A stretch of 49,920 nucleotides of DNA from contig JACORV010000039.1 in assembly GCA_016179225.1 (NCBI GenBank), positions 1 to 49,920 on the forward strand, written 5' to 3'. This DNA comes from Gemmatimonadota bacterium. GTDB lineage: Bacteria; Gemmatimonadota; Gemmatimonadetes; Gemmatimonadales; JACORV01. Every line of letters starts with the position of its first letter. Position 1 is the first letter of the stretch. The notes beneath the pieces were generated by a model. It did no database searches and was not told the DNA's origin. It was given only the letters and a program-made list of their open reading frames with translations. The position numbers and the translations under genes are program-made. Below, piece after piece: positions 16,679 through 25,611 of this stretch.

Positions 16679-17597
16679 GCGCATGGAGGCTGGTCAGGAC
16701 ATGGCGGGGATGGAGATGACGGGGGGCGGGGACAGTCTGCGGGTCGAGGAGCGCGGCGTCGCGCTGGTGGCGCACTTCACGCGCTACAGCGGATGGCCCG
16801 AGCTGAAGGAAGCCTTCATCGCGGGCAACGTCGGTGCGGCGTACCTGCTGGCGCCGCTGGCGATGGACCTGGCCGACCGGGGCGTGCCGGTCCGCATCGT
16901 CGCGCTCGGCCACCGGTCAGGTGCCGTGATCATGGTACGGAAGGACAGCCCGGCACGGAACCTGGGCGACTTGCGCGGCAAGCGGGTGGCGATCCCAAGC
17001 CGGTTCGCCGTGGACCACCTCTTCGTCCGCCGGCTGATGCGGCAGCACGGCCTGCTTGACGGGGAGGTGCAGCTGGTCGAGCTCGCGCCGCCGGACATGC
17101 CCGCGGCCCTCTACGCGGACGCCGTGGACGCCTACGCCACGGGGGAGCCGTTCGGGGCGCAGGCGCAGCGCGAGGGATACGCCCGGGTGCTCCATTGGAC
17201 CCGCGACGAATGGCCGGACTACGTCTGCTGCGTGCTCGCGGTGCGGACCGACCTCATTCGGGATGTGCGTCCGCTGGTGCAACGGTTGGTGGACAACGTG
17301 CTCTCGGCGGGGGTGTGGCTGGAGGGCGACTCGACCAACCGGCTCCGGGCCGCCGACCTCGCGGCGCGGCCGGAGTACTTCAACCAGGACCCGGCGCTGC
17401 TGCGGTTCGTGCTGACGAACCCTCGGAACCGGGTGACGTACGGCGACCTGCGGCTGATCCGTCCACAGCTCGAGGAATTAATGAACCTGGCGCTCGAGGC
17501 GCGCGTCATCGACCACCCGATCCCGTACGAGACATATGCGGACGAGAGCTTCCTTCGCGCCTATCGGCCCAGGGAGATCCGCATTGAGCAGAGATAG
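16671..17597 (+). CDS. ABC transporter substrate-binding protein, NMT1/SsuA/TauA-like (copy B)
   Basis: 308 aa, about 80% identical by eye to copy A across the domain. No signal peptide of its own (MAMRMEAGQDMAGMEMTGGGD...). Confidence 0.85.
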   Translation: MAMRMEAGQDMAGMEMTGGGDSLRVEERGVALVAHFTRYSGWPELKEAFIAGNVGAAYLLAPLAMDLADRGVPVRIVALGHRSGAVIMVRKDSPARNLGDLRGKRVAIPSRFAVDHLFVRRLMRQHGLLDGEVQLVELAPPDMPAALYADAVDAYATGEPFGAQAQREGYARVLHWTRDEWPDYVCCVLAVRTDLIRDVRPLVQRLVDNVLSAGVWLEGDSTNRLRAADLAARPEYFNQDPALLRFVLTNPRNRVTYGDLRLIRPQLEELMNLALEARVIDHPIPYETYADESFLRAYRPREIRIEQR

Positions 17598-18345
17598 CCG
17601 GTCCGATTTCTGGCCGTTCCTCCTCGTCGGTCTCCTGATCGCGGGCTGGTGGGTATCCGTGGTGGTGTCGAAGACGCCGTACTTCCCCACGCCGTGGGCG
17701 GTCGTGCTGGGCATCGTCGAGCTGGCGCGCAACGGCACGCTGGTGCAGCACGTCTCGGCGTCCCTGATGCGGGTGACTTACGGCTACCTCGCGGCCGTGG
17801 CCATCGCCATCCCGCTCGGCGTGCTCATGGGTTGGTTCGGTCGGGTGTACCGGGCCGTCAATCCGCTCATCCAGCTGCTGCGGCCGATCTCGCCCATCGC
17901 GTGGATCCCGCTGGCGATCCTCTGGTTCGGGGTCGGCAACCTCTCGCCGATGTTCCTCATCTTCCTGTCGTCGTTCTTTCCGATGGTCACGGGCACCGCG
18001 GCCGGCGTGCACACGATCGAGAAGCAATACATCCGCGCGGCGGAGAACTTCGGGATCAGGGGGGTGCGCCTGCTGCGGCAGGTGGTGCTGCCCGCCGCGC
18101 TGCCGCAGGTCATCGTCGGGATGCGTCTCGGGCTGGGGATCGCCTGGCTGGTGGTCGTCGCGGCGGAGATGGTCGCCATCAATTCGGGACTCGGTTACCT
18201 CATCATCGACTCGCGCAACGCGGGAAACCGGTACGATCTCGTGGTCGCGGGGATGGTGCTCATCGGCGTGATCGGGTTCCTGCTCGACATCGCCATGAGG
18301 AGCCTCGAGGGGCTGGACGAGGTGAGGTGGCGGTATGTCCGGTAG
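17584..18345 (+). CDS. ABC transporter permease (copy B)
   Basis: The ORF is open from ATG 17536. TTG 17584 reproduces the 14-nt overlap geometry of copy A. Highly similar to 11741..12502. Confidence 0.85.
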   Translation: MSRDSRSDFWPFLLVGLLIAGWWVSVVVSKTPYFPTPWAVVLGIVELARNGTLVQHVSASLMRVTYGYLAAVAIAIPLGVLMGWFGRVYRAVNPLIQLLRPISPIAWIPLAILWFGVGNLSPMFLIFLSSFFPMVTGTAAGVHTIEKQYIRAAENFGIRGVRLLRQVVLPAALPQVIVGMRLGLGIAWLVVVAAEMVAINSGLGYLIIDSRNAGNRYDLVVAGMVLIGVIGFLLDIAMRSLEGLDEVRWRYVR

Positions 18346-19087
18346 CATCGTCGCCACCGGGATCCACAAGAGCTTCTCCTCCAGGCAGGGCGCGCTCTCG
18401 GTCATCGAGGGCATCGACCTCAGCGTGGCGGATGGCGAGTTCGTCGCGCTGGTGGGGCCGTCGGGGTGCGGAAAGTCGACGCTGCTCGACATCCTGGCCG
18501 GCTTCGTGAGGCCCGACCGCGGTGAGGTGCAGATCGACGGCGAGCCGGTGGGGAGTGCGAACCCGCGCCACATCCTGATCCCGCAGCAGCCGTCGGTGTT
18601 CCCGTGGCTCACCGCGCGCCGCAACATCACCTTCGTGCTCGACGGCGTGCCGGACGGGGAGCAGCGGCGGCTCGCGTTCCATTATCTCGACCTGGTGGGC
18701 CTCGAGGGCTTCGACCAATCGTACCCGCACCAGCTCTCCGGGGGGATGGTCAAGCGCCTCGAGCTGGCGCGCGCCCTCGCGGTGAAGCCGGACGTGCTCT
18801 ACATGGACGAGCCGTTCGGCGCGCTCGACGCCCTCACCCGGCGCAAGATGCGCGACGAGCTGCGCCGGATCCTCCTGGTCGAGCGGCACACCGCGCTGCT
18901 CGTCACCCACGACGTCGAGGAAGCCCTGCACCTGGCCGACCGCATCGTCGTCATGTCGCCGCGCCCGACCAAGATCCAGTGCATCGTCGACGTGCCGTTC
19001 CCGCACCCACGCAGGCTGGTAAGTGTCGAGATGATTAGGCTGGCGGCCCTCATCCTCTCCGAGCTGGGCGTCGAAACGGAGTCGTGA
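18335..19087 (+). CDS. ABC transporter ATP-binding protein (copy B)
   Basis: Walker A GPSGCGKST, signature LSGGMVKR, Walker B VLYMDEPF. Confidence 0.9.
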   Translation: MSGSIVATGIHKSFSSRQGALSVIEGIDLSVADGEFVALVGPSGCGKSTLLDILAGFVRPDRGEVQIDGEPVGSANPRHILIPQQPSVFPWLTARRNITFVLDGVPDGEQRRLAFHYLDLVGLEGFDQSYPHQLSGGMVKRLELARALAVKPDVLYMDEPFGALDALTRRKMRDELRRILLVERHTALLVTHDVEEALHLADRIVVMSPRPTKIQCIVDVPFPHPRRLVSVEMIRLAALILSELGVETES

Positions 19088-20652
19088 TCTACCTCCTCCA
19101 TCACCTGCTGCCCGAAAGCGCGAGCCGGTTCCCCGACCGTACGGCGGTCCGGTTCGGCGAGGACCGGCTCACCTACGCCGACCTGGAAGCGCAGGCCGGC
19201 AGGCTCGCCGCCGCCCTGGTCGAGGCCGGGGTGAAAAAGGGCGACCGGGTCGGAATCCACTTCCACAAGTCGGCGCGGTCGGTGGTGGCCGTATTCGCCG
19301 TGCTGAAGGCCGGCGGCATCTACGTGCCGCTGGACCCCAACTCCCCGCGCGCGCGTATCGCCCGCATCATCGAAGACTGCGGCATCCGGCACCTCATCGC
19401 GTCCCAGGAGAAGCTCGGCGCCCTGATGGCCGGCACGCCGGAGGCCCCGGCGCCGGCGCTGGACGCCGCGTTCCTGGTGGACAGTGAGACGGCCGAGCCG
19501 GGCACGAGCGTGAAGCGGGTCGTGGGGTGGGGCGAAGTGGAGAAGCTGACGCCGCTCGCCGGCCCGGCGGACGGGGTGGACGGCGACCTCTCGTACATCC
19601 TCTACACGTCGGGCTCCACGGGCATCCCCAAGGGCGTGATGATCTCGCACCGGGCCGCGTTCGCCTTCGTGAACTGGACGCACGACGCCTTCGGGATGAG
19701 CGAGCGCGACGTGGTCTCGAACCACGCGCCGCTCCACTTCGATCTCTCGATCTTCGATATCTTCACGACTATCAAGGCGGGCGGGACGGTGGTGCCGGTG
19801 CCGGAGCGCCTCTCGACCTTCCCGGTACGCCTCGCGGAGTTCATCCGCGACCAGCGCATTACCTGCTGGTACTCGGTGCCCTCGGCGCTCACGATGATGC
19901 TGCTCCGCGGCAACCTCGCCAAGCACAGCTATCCGGACCTCCGTCTGGTCCTTTTCGCGGGAGAGGTCTTCCCGGTCAAGTACCTGCGCGAGGTCATGAG
20001 GTGCTTCCGAGCGAGCTTTTGGAACCTCTTCGGCCCGACCGAGACGAACGTCTGCACGGCATACGAGGTGACGGAGCTACCGGAGGATCGGACCGAGCCG
20101 GTGTCCATCGGGAAGGCGATTGGCAACTACGACGTGTTCGCGCTGAATAACCGGGGCGAGATCGCGGCGGTGGGCGAGGAGGGCGAGCTGTACGGTCGGG
20201 GCCCCGGCATCATGTCGGGGTACTGGGGGGACGTCGAGAAGACCGACCGCGTTCTGGTGCCCAACCCGCTGCCCGCGCCCTTCGAGGAGAGGGTGGTCCG
20301 GACGGGGGACATCGTGGTGCTCGAGGCGGACGGCAATTACACCTACCGCGGCCGCCGCGACAACATGGTGAAGAGCCGGGGCTATCGCATCGAGATCGGG
20401 GAGATCGAGACCGCGCTGTACGGCCACGCGAAGATCACCGAGGCCGCAGTGGTCGCGATCCCCGACGAGGAGGTCACGAATCGCCTCAAGGCCTACGTGG
20501 TGACGGACCCACCGGGCGCGCTCAGCGCGCTGGACGTCCAGCAGCACTGCCGCTCTCGCGTCCCCAAGTACATGATCCCCGAGATGGTGGAGTTCCGGGA
20601 TGTTCTCCCGAAGACCTCCACCGGCAAGGTGGACAAGCAGTCTCTCAAGTGA
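19084..20652 (+). CDS. AMP-forming acyl/aryl-CoA (or ACP) ligase, adenylation superfamily
   Basis: 522 aa. Motifs LSYILYTSGSTGIPKGV (A3), YGPTE-like FGPTETN, YRTGD-like VRTGD and C-terminal PKTSTGKVDK. GTGA overlap with the ATPase stop. Confidence 0.9.
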   Translation: MIYLLHHLLPESASRFPDRTAVRFGEDRLTYADLEAQAGRLAAALVEAGVKKGDRVGIHFHKSARSVVAVFAVLKAGGIYVPLDPNSPRARIARIIEDCGIRHLIASQEKLGALMAGTPEAPAPALDAAFLVDSETAEPGTSVKRVVGWGEVEKLTPLAGPADGVDGDLSYILYTSGSTGIPKGVMISHRAAFAFVNWTHDAFGMSERDVVSNHAPLHFDLSIFDIFTTIKAGGTVVPVPERLSTFPVRLAEFIRDQRITCWYSVPSALTMMLLRGNLAKHSYPDLRLVLFAGEVFPVKYLREVMRCFRASFWNLFGPTETNVCTAYEVTELPEDRTEPVSIGKAIGNYDVFALNNRGEIAAVGEEGELYGRGPGIMSGYWGDVEKTDRVLVPNPLPAPFEERVVRTGDIVVLEADGNYTYRGRRDNMVKSRGYRIEIGEIETALYGHAKITEAAVVAIPDEEVTNRLKAYVVTDPPGALSALDVQQHCRSRVPKYMIPEMVEFRDVLPKTSTGKVDKQSLK

Positions 20653-20991
20653 TCAGCGCGGGGTACCGACCGCACGCCCCGCGCCCGGGGCGGCGGCGCG
20701 GCTGTAGATCGCCGCGATGACGACGCCGATCCCGTAGCCTAGCACGAACGCGTAGATGAAGCCGACCAGGCTCCCGACGAACGTCACCCGATAGCCCGGG
20801 AAGAAGTTGCGGAGCAGCGCGAGGTGCTGCCCCACGTTGACGCCGCCCTTGATGACCAGCCAGTTCGTGGCGACGAAGAGCCCGAGACCCAGCATGAGGC
20901 CCATCGATATCCCCATGATGCGGGCGTTGAGGCGGCGGATGGTCCGGGTCAGGTCCTGGTCCTGCGGTGTGGCCACCGTAGCGTCTCCCAT
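20653..20991 (-). CDS. Small integral membrane protein of unknown function (paralogue of 20998..21375)
   Basis: 112 aa with 2-3 TM helices. Shared motif NFFPGYRVTFVGSLVGFIYAFVLGYG. Confidence 0.6.
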   Translation of the reverse strand: MGDATVATPQDQDLTRTIRRLNARIMGISMGLMLGLGLFVATNWLVIKGGVNVGQHLALLRNFFPGYRVTFVGSLVGFIYAFVLGYGIGVVIAAIYSRAAAPGAGRAVGTPR

Positions 20992-20997
20992 CCGGCG

Positions 20998-21375
20998 TTA
21001 GATGTGATCGAGGAAGTCGCGGCTGGCCGTGAGCTCCTCACGCGTGCGGACGATGAAGAGCCAGGTCGCCACGATGAAGTTGCGGCAGAAGGCGAAGAAC
21101 CAGCCGAACACGAAGCCCACCAGGGCACCCCACAAGAGGCCGATGAAGGCGCCGGTCCAGCTGATCTCGTAGCCGAAGAAGTAGTTGTTCAGCAGCCACA
21201 GCGGGACGCGGCGGTCCACCGGCTGGAACAACGTGAACACCGTCGCCGCGAAGACGAGAAGCCCCGTCACCCCGCCGATGGCCAGGCCCATGGCGCGCTT
21301 GTGGAGCGGGGCGAAGACCAGCAGCAGCTGCTGGGGGACTTCCTGGGAGGCGGGCGGGTGTGCGGGTGTGCTCAT
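20998..21375 (-). CDS. Small integral membrane protein of unknown function
   Basis: This is the C-terminal 125 codons of ORF 20998..22335. ATG 21375 forms an ATGA overlap with the methyltransferase stop. Motif NNYFFGYEISWTGAFIGLLWGALVGFVFG. Confidence 0.6.
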   Translation of the reverse strand: MSTPAHPPASQEVPQQLLLVFAPLHKRAMGLAIGGVTGLLVFAATVFTLFQPVDRRVPLWLLNNYFFGYEISWTGAFIGLLWGALVGFVFGWFFAFCRNFIVATWLFIVRTREELTASRDFLDHI

Positions 21376-22379
21376 GGTGTGACTCCACGGGCTTCGAGAA
21401 GGGGCGCGATCCAGCTCAGCGCGGCGCGCGCCACGGGAATGCTCCGGAGCACTGCATAGGGTGGCGCGGCCACCGCGCCCAGCGCGCCGAGGCGGTCCCG
21501 CTCGCTCGGCAGGAGCCGGGCGGGGCCCACCGCGACGCGCGCGAACCGGGCGCGCCGGAAAGCGTGCGCCAGCTCGCGCGGCGAGAGCGGCCGGTGATGA
21601 AGATACCGCTGGCCGCTCCGCAGTCGGACATACGCGTCGGCCCAGCGCCGCGGCACCAGGCCCACGCCCCAGACGCCGACGTGCGGCTCCGGCAGCGCGC
21701 TGTAGCGATTGGTGGTGCGCAGGCGCATGACGCCGCCCGCCTTCAGCACCCGCCGCCCTTCCGTCGCGATGGGGTCGGGATCGGTGCAATGCTCGAGGAG
21801 GCCGAGCCCGTAGACGCGCGCGAAGCTCCGGTCCGGAAAGGGCAGGGCCTCGGCGCAGCAGCAGACGAGGGGACGGGTGGCCGCGTCCCAGCCCGGTCGC
21901 TTGCGCGCCACGACCAGCCAGCGAAGCGCGATGTCGATCCCGACCACGGTGCGCTCCGGCGCCGCCGCCGCCAGGTCCCCCGTGCCGCAGCCGAGGTCGA
22001 GCCATGGCCCGTCCGGCGCGGCGTCGTCCTCGCTCCCGAACGACGCCAGCCACTCGCGGGTCCGCTGCTCCGCGCCCACGACGTGGGCGATGAAGCGGGC
22101 GGCGAGCGGCGCGGGCGTGGTGAGTGTCATGGCCCAGTAGGCGCGCACCGTGTCCTCGAGCCCCCGGCCGACCGTGGCGGCTTCCAGCCGAAGCGCCTTG
22201 GCGCGATCGTCCTCCAGGCCGATCCACGGGTCCGGCGCGAGCCGGAAGTCCGGGATCCCCGCGACGATCGGGTAGCTCGCGCCGCAGGGCTCGCACCGGT
22301 ACGCATCCGGCGCGTCCGCCACCGGCCCGCGGCATCGCGGGCAGAGGAAGGCGAGGTGGGGCGGGGAGGCGACCGTCAT
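21372..22379 (-). CDS. Class I SAM-dependent methyltransferase with an N-terminal Trm112-like zinc ribbon
   Basis: Starts at MTVASPPHLAF. The ribbon is CPRCRG...YRCEPCG..YPIVAGIPDF, and LDLGCGTGD is SAM motif I. ATGA overlap with the upstream GT2. Confidence 0.8.
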   Translation of the reverse strand: MTVASPPHLAFLCPRCRGPVADAPDAYRCEPCGASYPIVAGIPDFRLAPDPWIGLEDDRAKALRLEAATVGRGLEDTVRAYWAMTLTTPAPLAARFIAHVVGAEQRTREWLASFGSEDDAAPDGPWLDLGCGTGDLAAAAPERTVVGIDIALRWLVVARKRPGWDAATRPLVCCCAEALPFPDRSFARVYGLGLLEHCTDPDPIATEGRRVLKAGGVMRLRTTNRYSALPEPHVGVWGVGLVPRRWADAYVRLRSGQRYLHHRPLSPRELAHAFRRARFARVAVGPARLLPSERDRLGALGAVAAPPYAVLRSIPVARAALSWIAPLLEARGVTP

Positions 22380-23527
22380 GCGGGCGGCGCGCCCTCCGAG
22401 CCGGAGCCGCTCTCCGGCGGCAGGTGCCAGAGGCTGCGGCGGGGGGCCCGCGGCGGCGGCGGCCAGGTCTTCACGCCAAACTGGGCGTGGGCCACCACCT
22501 CGGCGGGCGGGATCGGCTCGCCGAAAAGCGTGTGCACCAGCCATCCGGACGCGACCGAGAAGACGTTGCTCACATAGTAGAGGAGGTGCAGGGGCAGGGC
22601 CGCCAGCGCGAAGCCGACGCCGCGCGCGCGGCGCAGGAAGCGGTAGAAGCCGTAGTTGCTGGCCAGGATCGACAGCAGCGCGAGCGCCGGGACCGCGAGC
22701 GGCCAGCGCGCCTGCCACGCCGCCGCGGCGGCGAGCGCGGGGAACGACAGCCCGACCAGCGCGGTGCACCACTTCTCCATCGTCCGCACGTTGAGCGTCT
22801 TGGAGCCCTCGGGCGAGCCTTCCTGGATGAGCAGCCACATCCACGGCACGCCGCGGTGCCTGAAGTCGGTCTCGAGCGTGTTCTTCAGCGTCCAGCGCTT
22901 GAGGTGCGTGCCCTGGATGTCGGGGTTCAGCACGATCGTGTGTCCGAAGCGGCGCAGCCGGCGGCCCAGCTCGATGTCCTCGATCTGCGGCCGCGCGTAG
23001 TGCCACTCGTCGAACATCCCCACCTCCGCGAAGACGGCGCTCCGGAGCGCACCCAGACCCGCCCAGAACGTTTCCGCCGGCCCGCGATTCCGGTGATGAA
23101 CGTAATGGTGCATGAGGTTGCGGTACTGCGAGACGAGGCCGGGCGCCGTCGGCGCCGCGTCGTAGGATCCGAACGCGGCGTCGATCTCGGGGCTGCGGAC
23201 GAACAGCGCGGCGAGGCGGGGAAGCGCGTCGGGATGGACGACGACGTCGGCGTCCACGAACACCAGCACGTCGCCCCGGCTCGCCTCGAAGCCCCGATTC
23301 CGTGCGAAGGCTGGGCCGTGCGGCCGCCCGGCGAGACGCACCACCGTGTCGGCGTACTCCGCCGCCACGATCATGGTCTCGTCGGTGGAGGCGTCGTCCA
23401 CCACGATCAGCTCCCACGACTCGCGCGGCAGCTCGCTGGCCACCAGCCCGCCCAGCGTGCGGGGGAGGATCGACTCCGCCTGGTGCGCCGGGACGATCAC
23501 CGAGAGGTACGGGCGGTCGACCGTCAT
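22376..23527 (-). CDS. Family 2 glycosyltransferase with a C-terminal membrane domain
   Basis: Starts at MTVDRPYLSVIVPAHQ. Motifs VVDDASTDET and VFVDADV (DxD), with C-terminal TM helices. ATGA overlaps at both ends. Confidence 0.85.
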   Translation of the reverse strand: MTVDRPYLSVIVPAHQAESILPRTLGGLVASELPRESWELIVVDDASTDETMIVAAEYADTVVRLAGRPHGPAFARNRGFEASRGDVLVFVDADVVVHPDALPRLAALFVRSPEIDAAFGSYDAAPTAPGLVSQYRNLMHHYVHHRNRGPAETFWAGLGALRSAVFAEVGMFDEWHYARPQIEDIELGRRLRRFGHTIVLNPDIQGTHLKRWTLKNTLETDFRHRGVPWMWLLIQEGSPEGSKTLNVRTMEKWCTALVGLSFPALAAAAAWQARWPLAVPALALLSILASNYGFYRFLRRARGVGFALAALPLHLLYYVSNVFSVASGWLVHTLFGEPIPPAEVVAHAQFGVKTWPPPPRAPRRSLWHLPPESGSGSEGAPPA

Positions 23528-24327
23528 GCCGAGCCGCCCAGCACCGCGAGCGCGCTCCGCACCCGGCGCGCGCGCCCGCGCAGCCAGAGGTAGCGGCGGA
23601 ACGACCCGCTGCCCCACGACTCGAGGCGGCCCGGCGCGCGGAAATAGTGGGCGTCCAGACGCGGCAGCGCGCTCGGATCCTCCCCCTGCCTCAGCGCCCG
23701 GAACTCGGTGGTGCAGGCCACCCGGTACGCGTGACCCGCCGCCGCCGTGACGCGCGCGTCCGTCGCGCCGTACGGGTAGGCGAACGCGCCCGGCCGGCGG
23801 CCCGTCCGGGCGGCGATGCGCTCGGCCGCGCCCTCGAGCTCGTCCGCGAGCGCTGACGGGTCGAGCGTGCGCAGGTCCGGATGGGTGCGGGTGTGCGCGC
23901 CGATCGTCACGCCCTCCTCGGCGAGGCGGCCGATCGCGTCCCAGTCGAGCAGCCCCAGGGTCGGGATGCCGGGCGCGGACTTGCCCGCCCACGCGTTGGT
24001 GCCGCCGGCGTGGTCGCTCACCACGAAGACCGTCACCGGGAGCCCGCGATCCCGCAGCGGCGGCCACGCTTCGTCGGCGAAGTTCGCGAACCCGTCGTCG
24101 AAGGTGAGGGCCAGCGCGTCTCCCATTGAGTCCCCGCGCACCAGCTCCTCGAGGCCGAGCACCCGCACCGCGCCGCTTTCCAGCCAGCGGGAGTGCGCGC
24201 GCCACCGCTTGGCATCCACGGAAATGACGGACCCCGACGAATCGATCGAGTGGTACGTGAGAATGGCGCGCACCGTCCCGGCGGCCTTCGCTGCCTCAGG
24301 CCGCGTCCGCGAACGCGCGCTGGCCAC
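23524..24327 (-). CDS. Polysaccharide deacetylase (NodB/CE4 family)
   Basis: ILTYHSI..., LTFDDGFANF, GAHTRTHPDL. GTG start at 24327; GTG 24273 is an alternative. Confidence 0.85.
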   Translation of the reverse strand: MASARSRTRPEAAKAAGTVRAILTYHSIDSSGSVISVDAKRWRAHSRWLESGAVRVLGLEELVRGDSMGDALALTFDDGFANFADEAWPPLRDRGLPVTVFVVSDHAGGTNAWAGKSAPGIPTLGLLDWDAIGRLAEEGVTIGAHTRTHPDLRTLDPSALADELEGAAERIAARTGRRPGAFAYPYGATDARVTAAAGHAYRVACTTEFRALRQGEDPSALPRLDAHYFRAPGRLESWGSGSFRRYLWLRGRARRVRSALAVLGGSA

Positions 24328-24345
24328 GCACCAGGTGGCCGATCT

Positions 24346-25611
24346 TCATGTCGTGATCTCCGCTGTGAGGGATTCCACCACGTGCCGCAGCCCTTTCGTC
24401 TCCGCCACCCGGCGCACCACCTCGAGGTAGCGGGGCACCACCGCGCTCTCCGACCAGTGCTGCACGAAACCCTCGTACCCCGCCCGGCCAAGCCGGTCGC
24501 GGCGTCCGGGGTCGCCCAGGAGGCGGCGCATGGCGGCCAAGAGGTCGTCCGGACCGTCGAACAACTCGCCCCCGCCGCACTGTTCCACAATCTCCGGGAA
24601 CGGCCCGATCCGGCGCGCCAGCACCGGCGTTGCCTGGCGAAAAGCCTCGATCAGGATGATCCCGAAGGTCTCGTAGCACACCGAGGGCACGATGAGCGCG
24701 ATGGCGTGCCGGTAGTACCGCGCGAGCGTGGCCTGGTCCACCCGGCCCACAAAGGTGATGCGCGGATGACCGGCCGCCAACCCCTGGAGCGTCGCCGCGT
24801 ACTCGCCGTCGCCCGCGATCACGAGGTCCACCTCCTGCTGAGCCTGGAAGACCGGGATCACGTCGTCGAGGCCCTTGATTTTCTCCAACCGGCCGGCGAA
24901 CAGGAAGAACGGCCGGGGATGCGGCGCCGCGTCCCGGTCCCCCGGGGGTGCCGGCACCTGGTCCGGAAGGAAGGACGGCACCACGTCCATGTCGCGCGGG
25001 AAGCCGAACTCCTGATGCTTCCGCCGGCTGAACTCACTCATGGCGATGAACGCGTCCACGTGCCTGAGCTGGCGCTCGAGGTAGCCGGTGTAGCGCCACA
25101 GCTGCGGGGGGCGCCGGTAGTGGAGCACGCAGCGGAAGCACTGGCGTCCGGTGCACAGCTCGCGCCGGTGGCGCCAGAGCACGTGGCTGGGGCAGACGAG
25201 CCAGTGCTCGTGCGCCATGTAGAGCTTGATGCCGTGCCCGGCCGCGAGGATGCCTGGCCCGCCGACCAGGGAGACGTTGTGGAAGTTGATGACGTCGAAG
25301 CGTCCCGCATCAAGCATGCGCCGGATCGCGCGTCCGTTCACGACCGGCCGCCCCGCCTGCTGCGTCAGCAGGATGGACAGCGCGCCGAACCCGCTCTTGA
25401 TGGGCACGACCTCCACGCCGTCCGCCGGCGCTGGCACGGACGGCTCCGGACCCCGGTGCAGTGTGTGGTAGGCGTCGGCGTCGTGGATCACGGTCACGTG
25501 GTGCCCGCGCCGCGCCAGCGCCTGGGAGAGGCGCTGCACCGCGATCCCGTCCCCGCCGAAGTTGTACGGCGGGTAGAAGGTCGTGACCATCGCGAAGCGC
25601 AGGCCGCTCAC
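24346..25611 (-). CDS. GT-B glycosyltransferase (family 4/1)
   Basis: This is the C-terminal part of ORF 24346..25959. GTG 25611 gives a GTGA overlap with the upstream stop; ATG 25590 is an alternative. Motifs MVTTFYPPYNFGGDG and ...PSVCYETFGIILIEA (E-x7-E region). Confidence 0.85.
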   Translation of the reverse strand: MSGLRFAMVTTFYPPYNFGGDGIAVQRLSQALARRGHHVTVIHDADAYHTLHRGPEPSVPAPADGVEVVPIKSGFGALSILLTQQAGRPVVNGRAIRRMLDAGRFDVINFHNVSLVGGPGILAAGHGIKLYMAHEHWLVCPSHVLWRHRRELCTGRQCFRCVLHYRRPPQLWRYTGYLERQLRHVDAFIAMSEFSRRKHQEFGFPRDMDVVPSFLPDQVPAPPGDRDAAPHPRPFFLFAGRLEKIKGLDDVIPVFQAQQEVDLVIAGDGEYAATLQGLAAGHPRITFVGRVDQATLARYYRHAIALIVPSVCYETFGIILIEAFRQATPVLARRIGPFPEIVEQCGGGELFDGPDDLLAAMRRLLGDPGRRDRLGRAGYEGFVQHWSESAVVPRYLEVVRRVAETKGLRHVVESLTAEITT

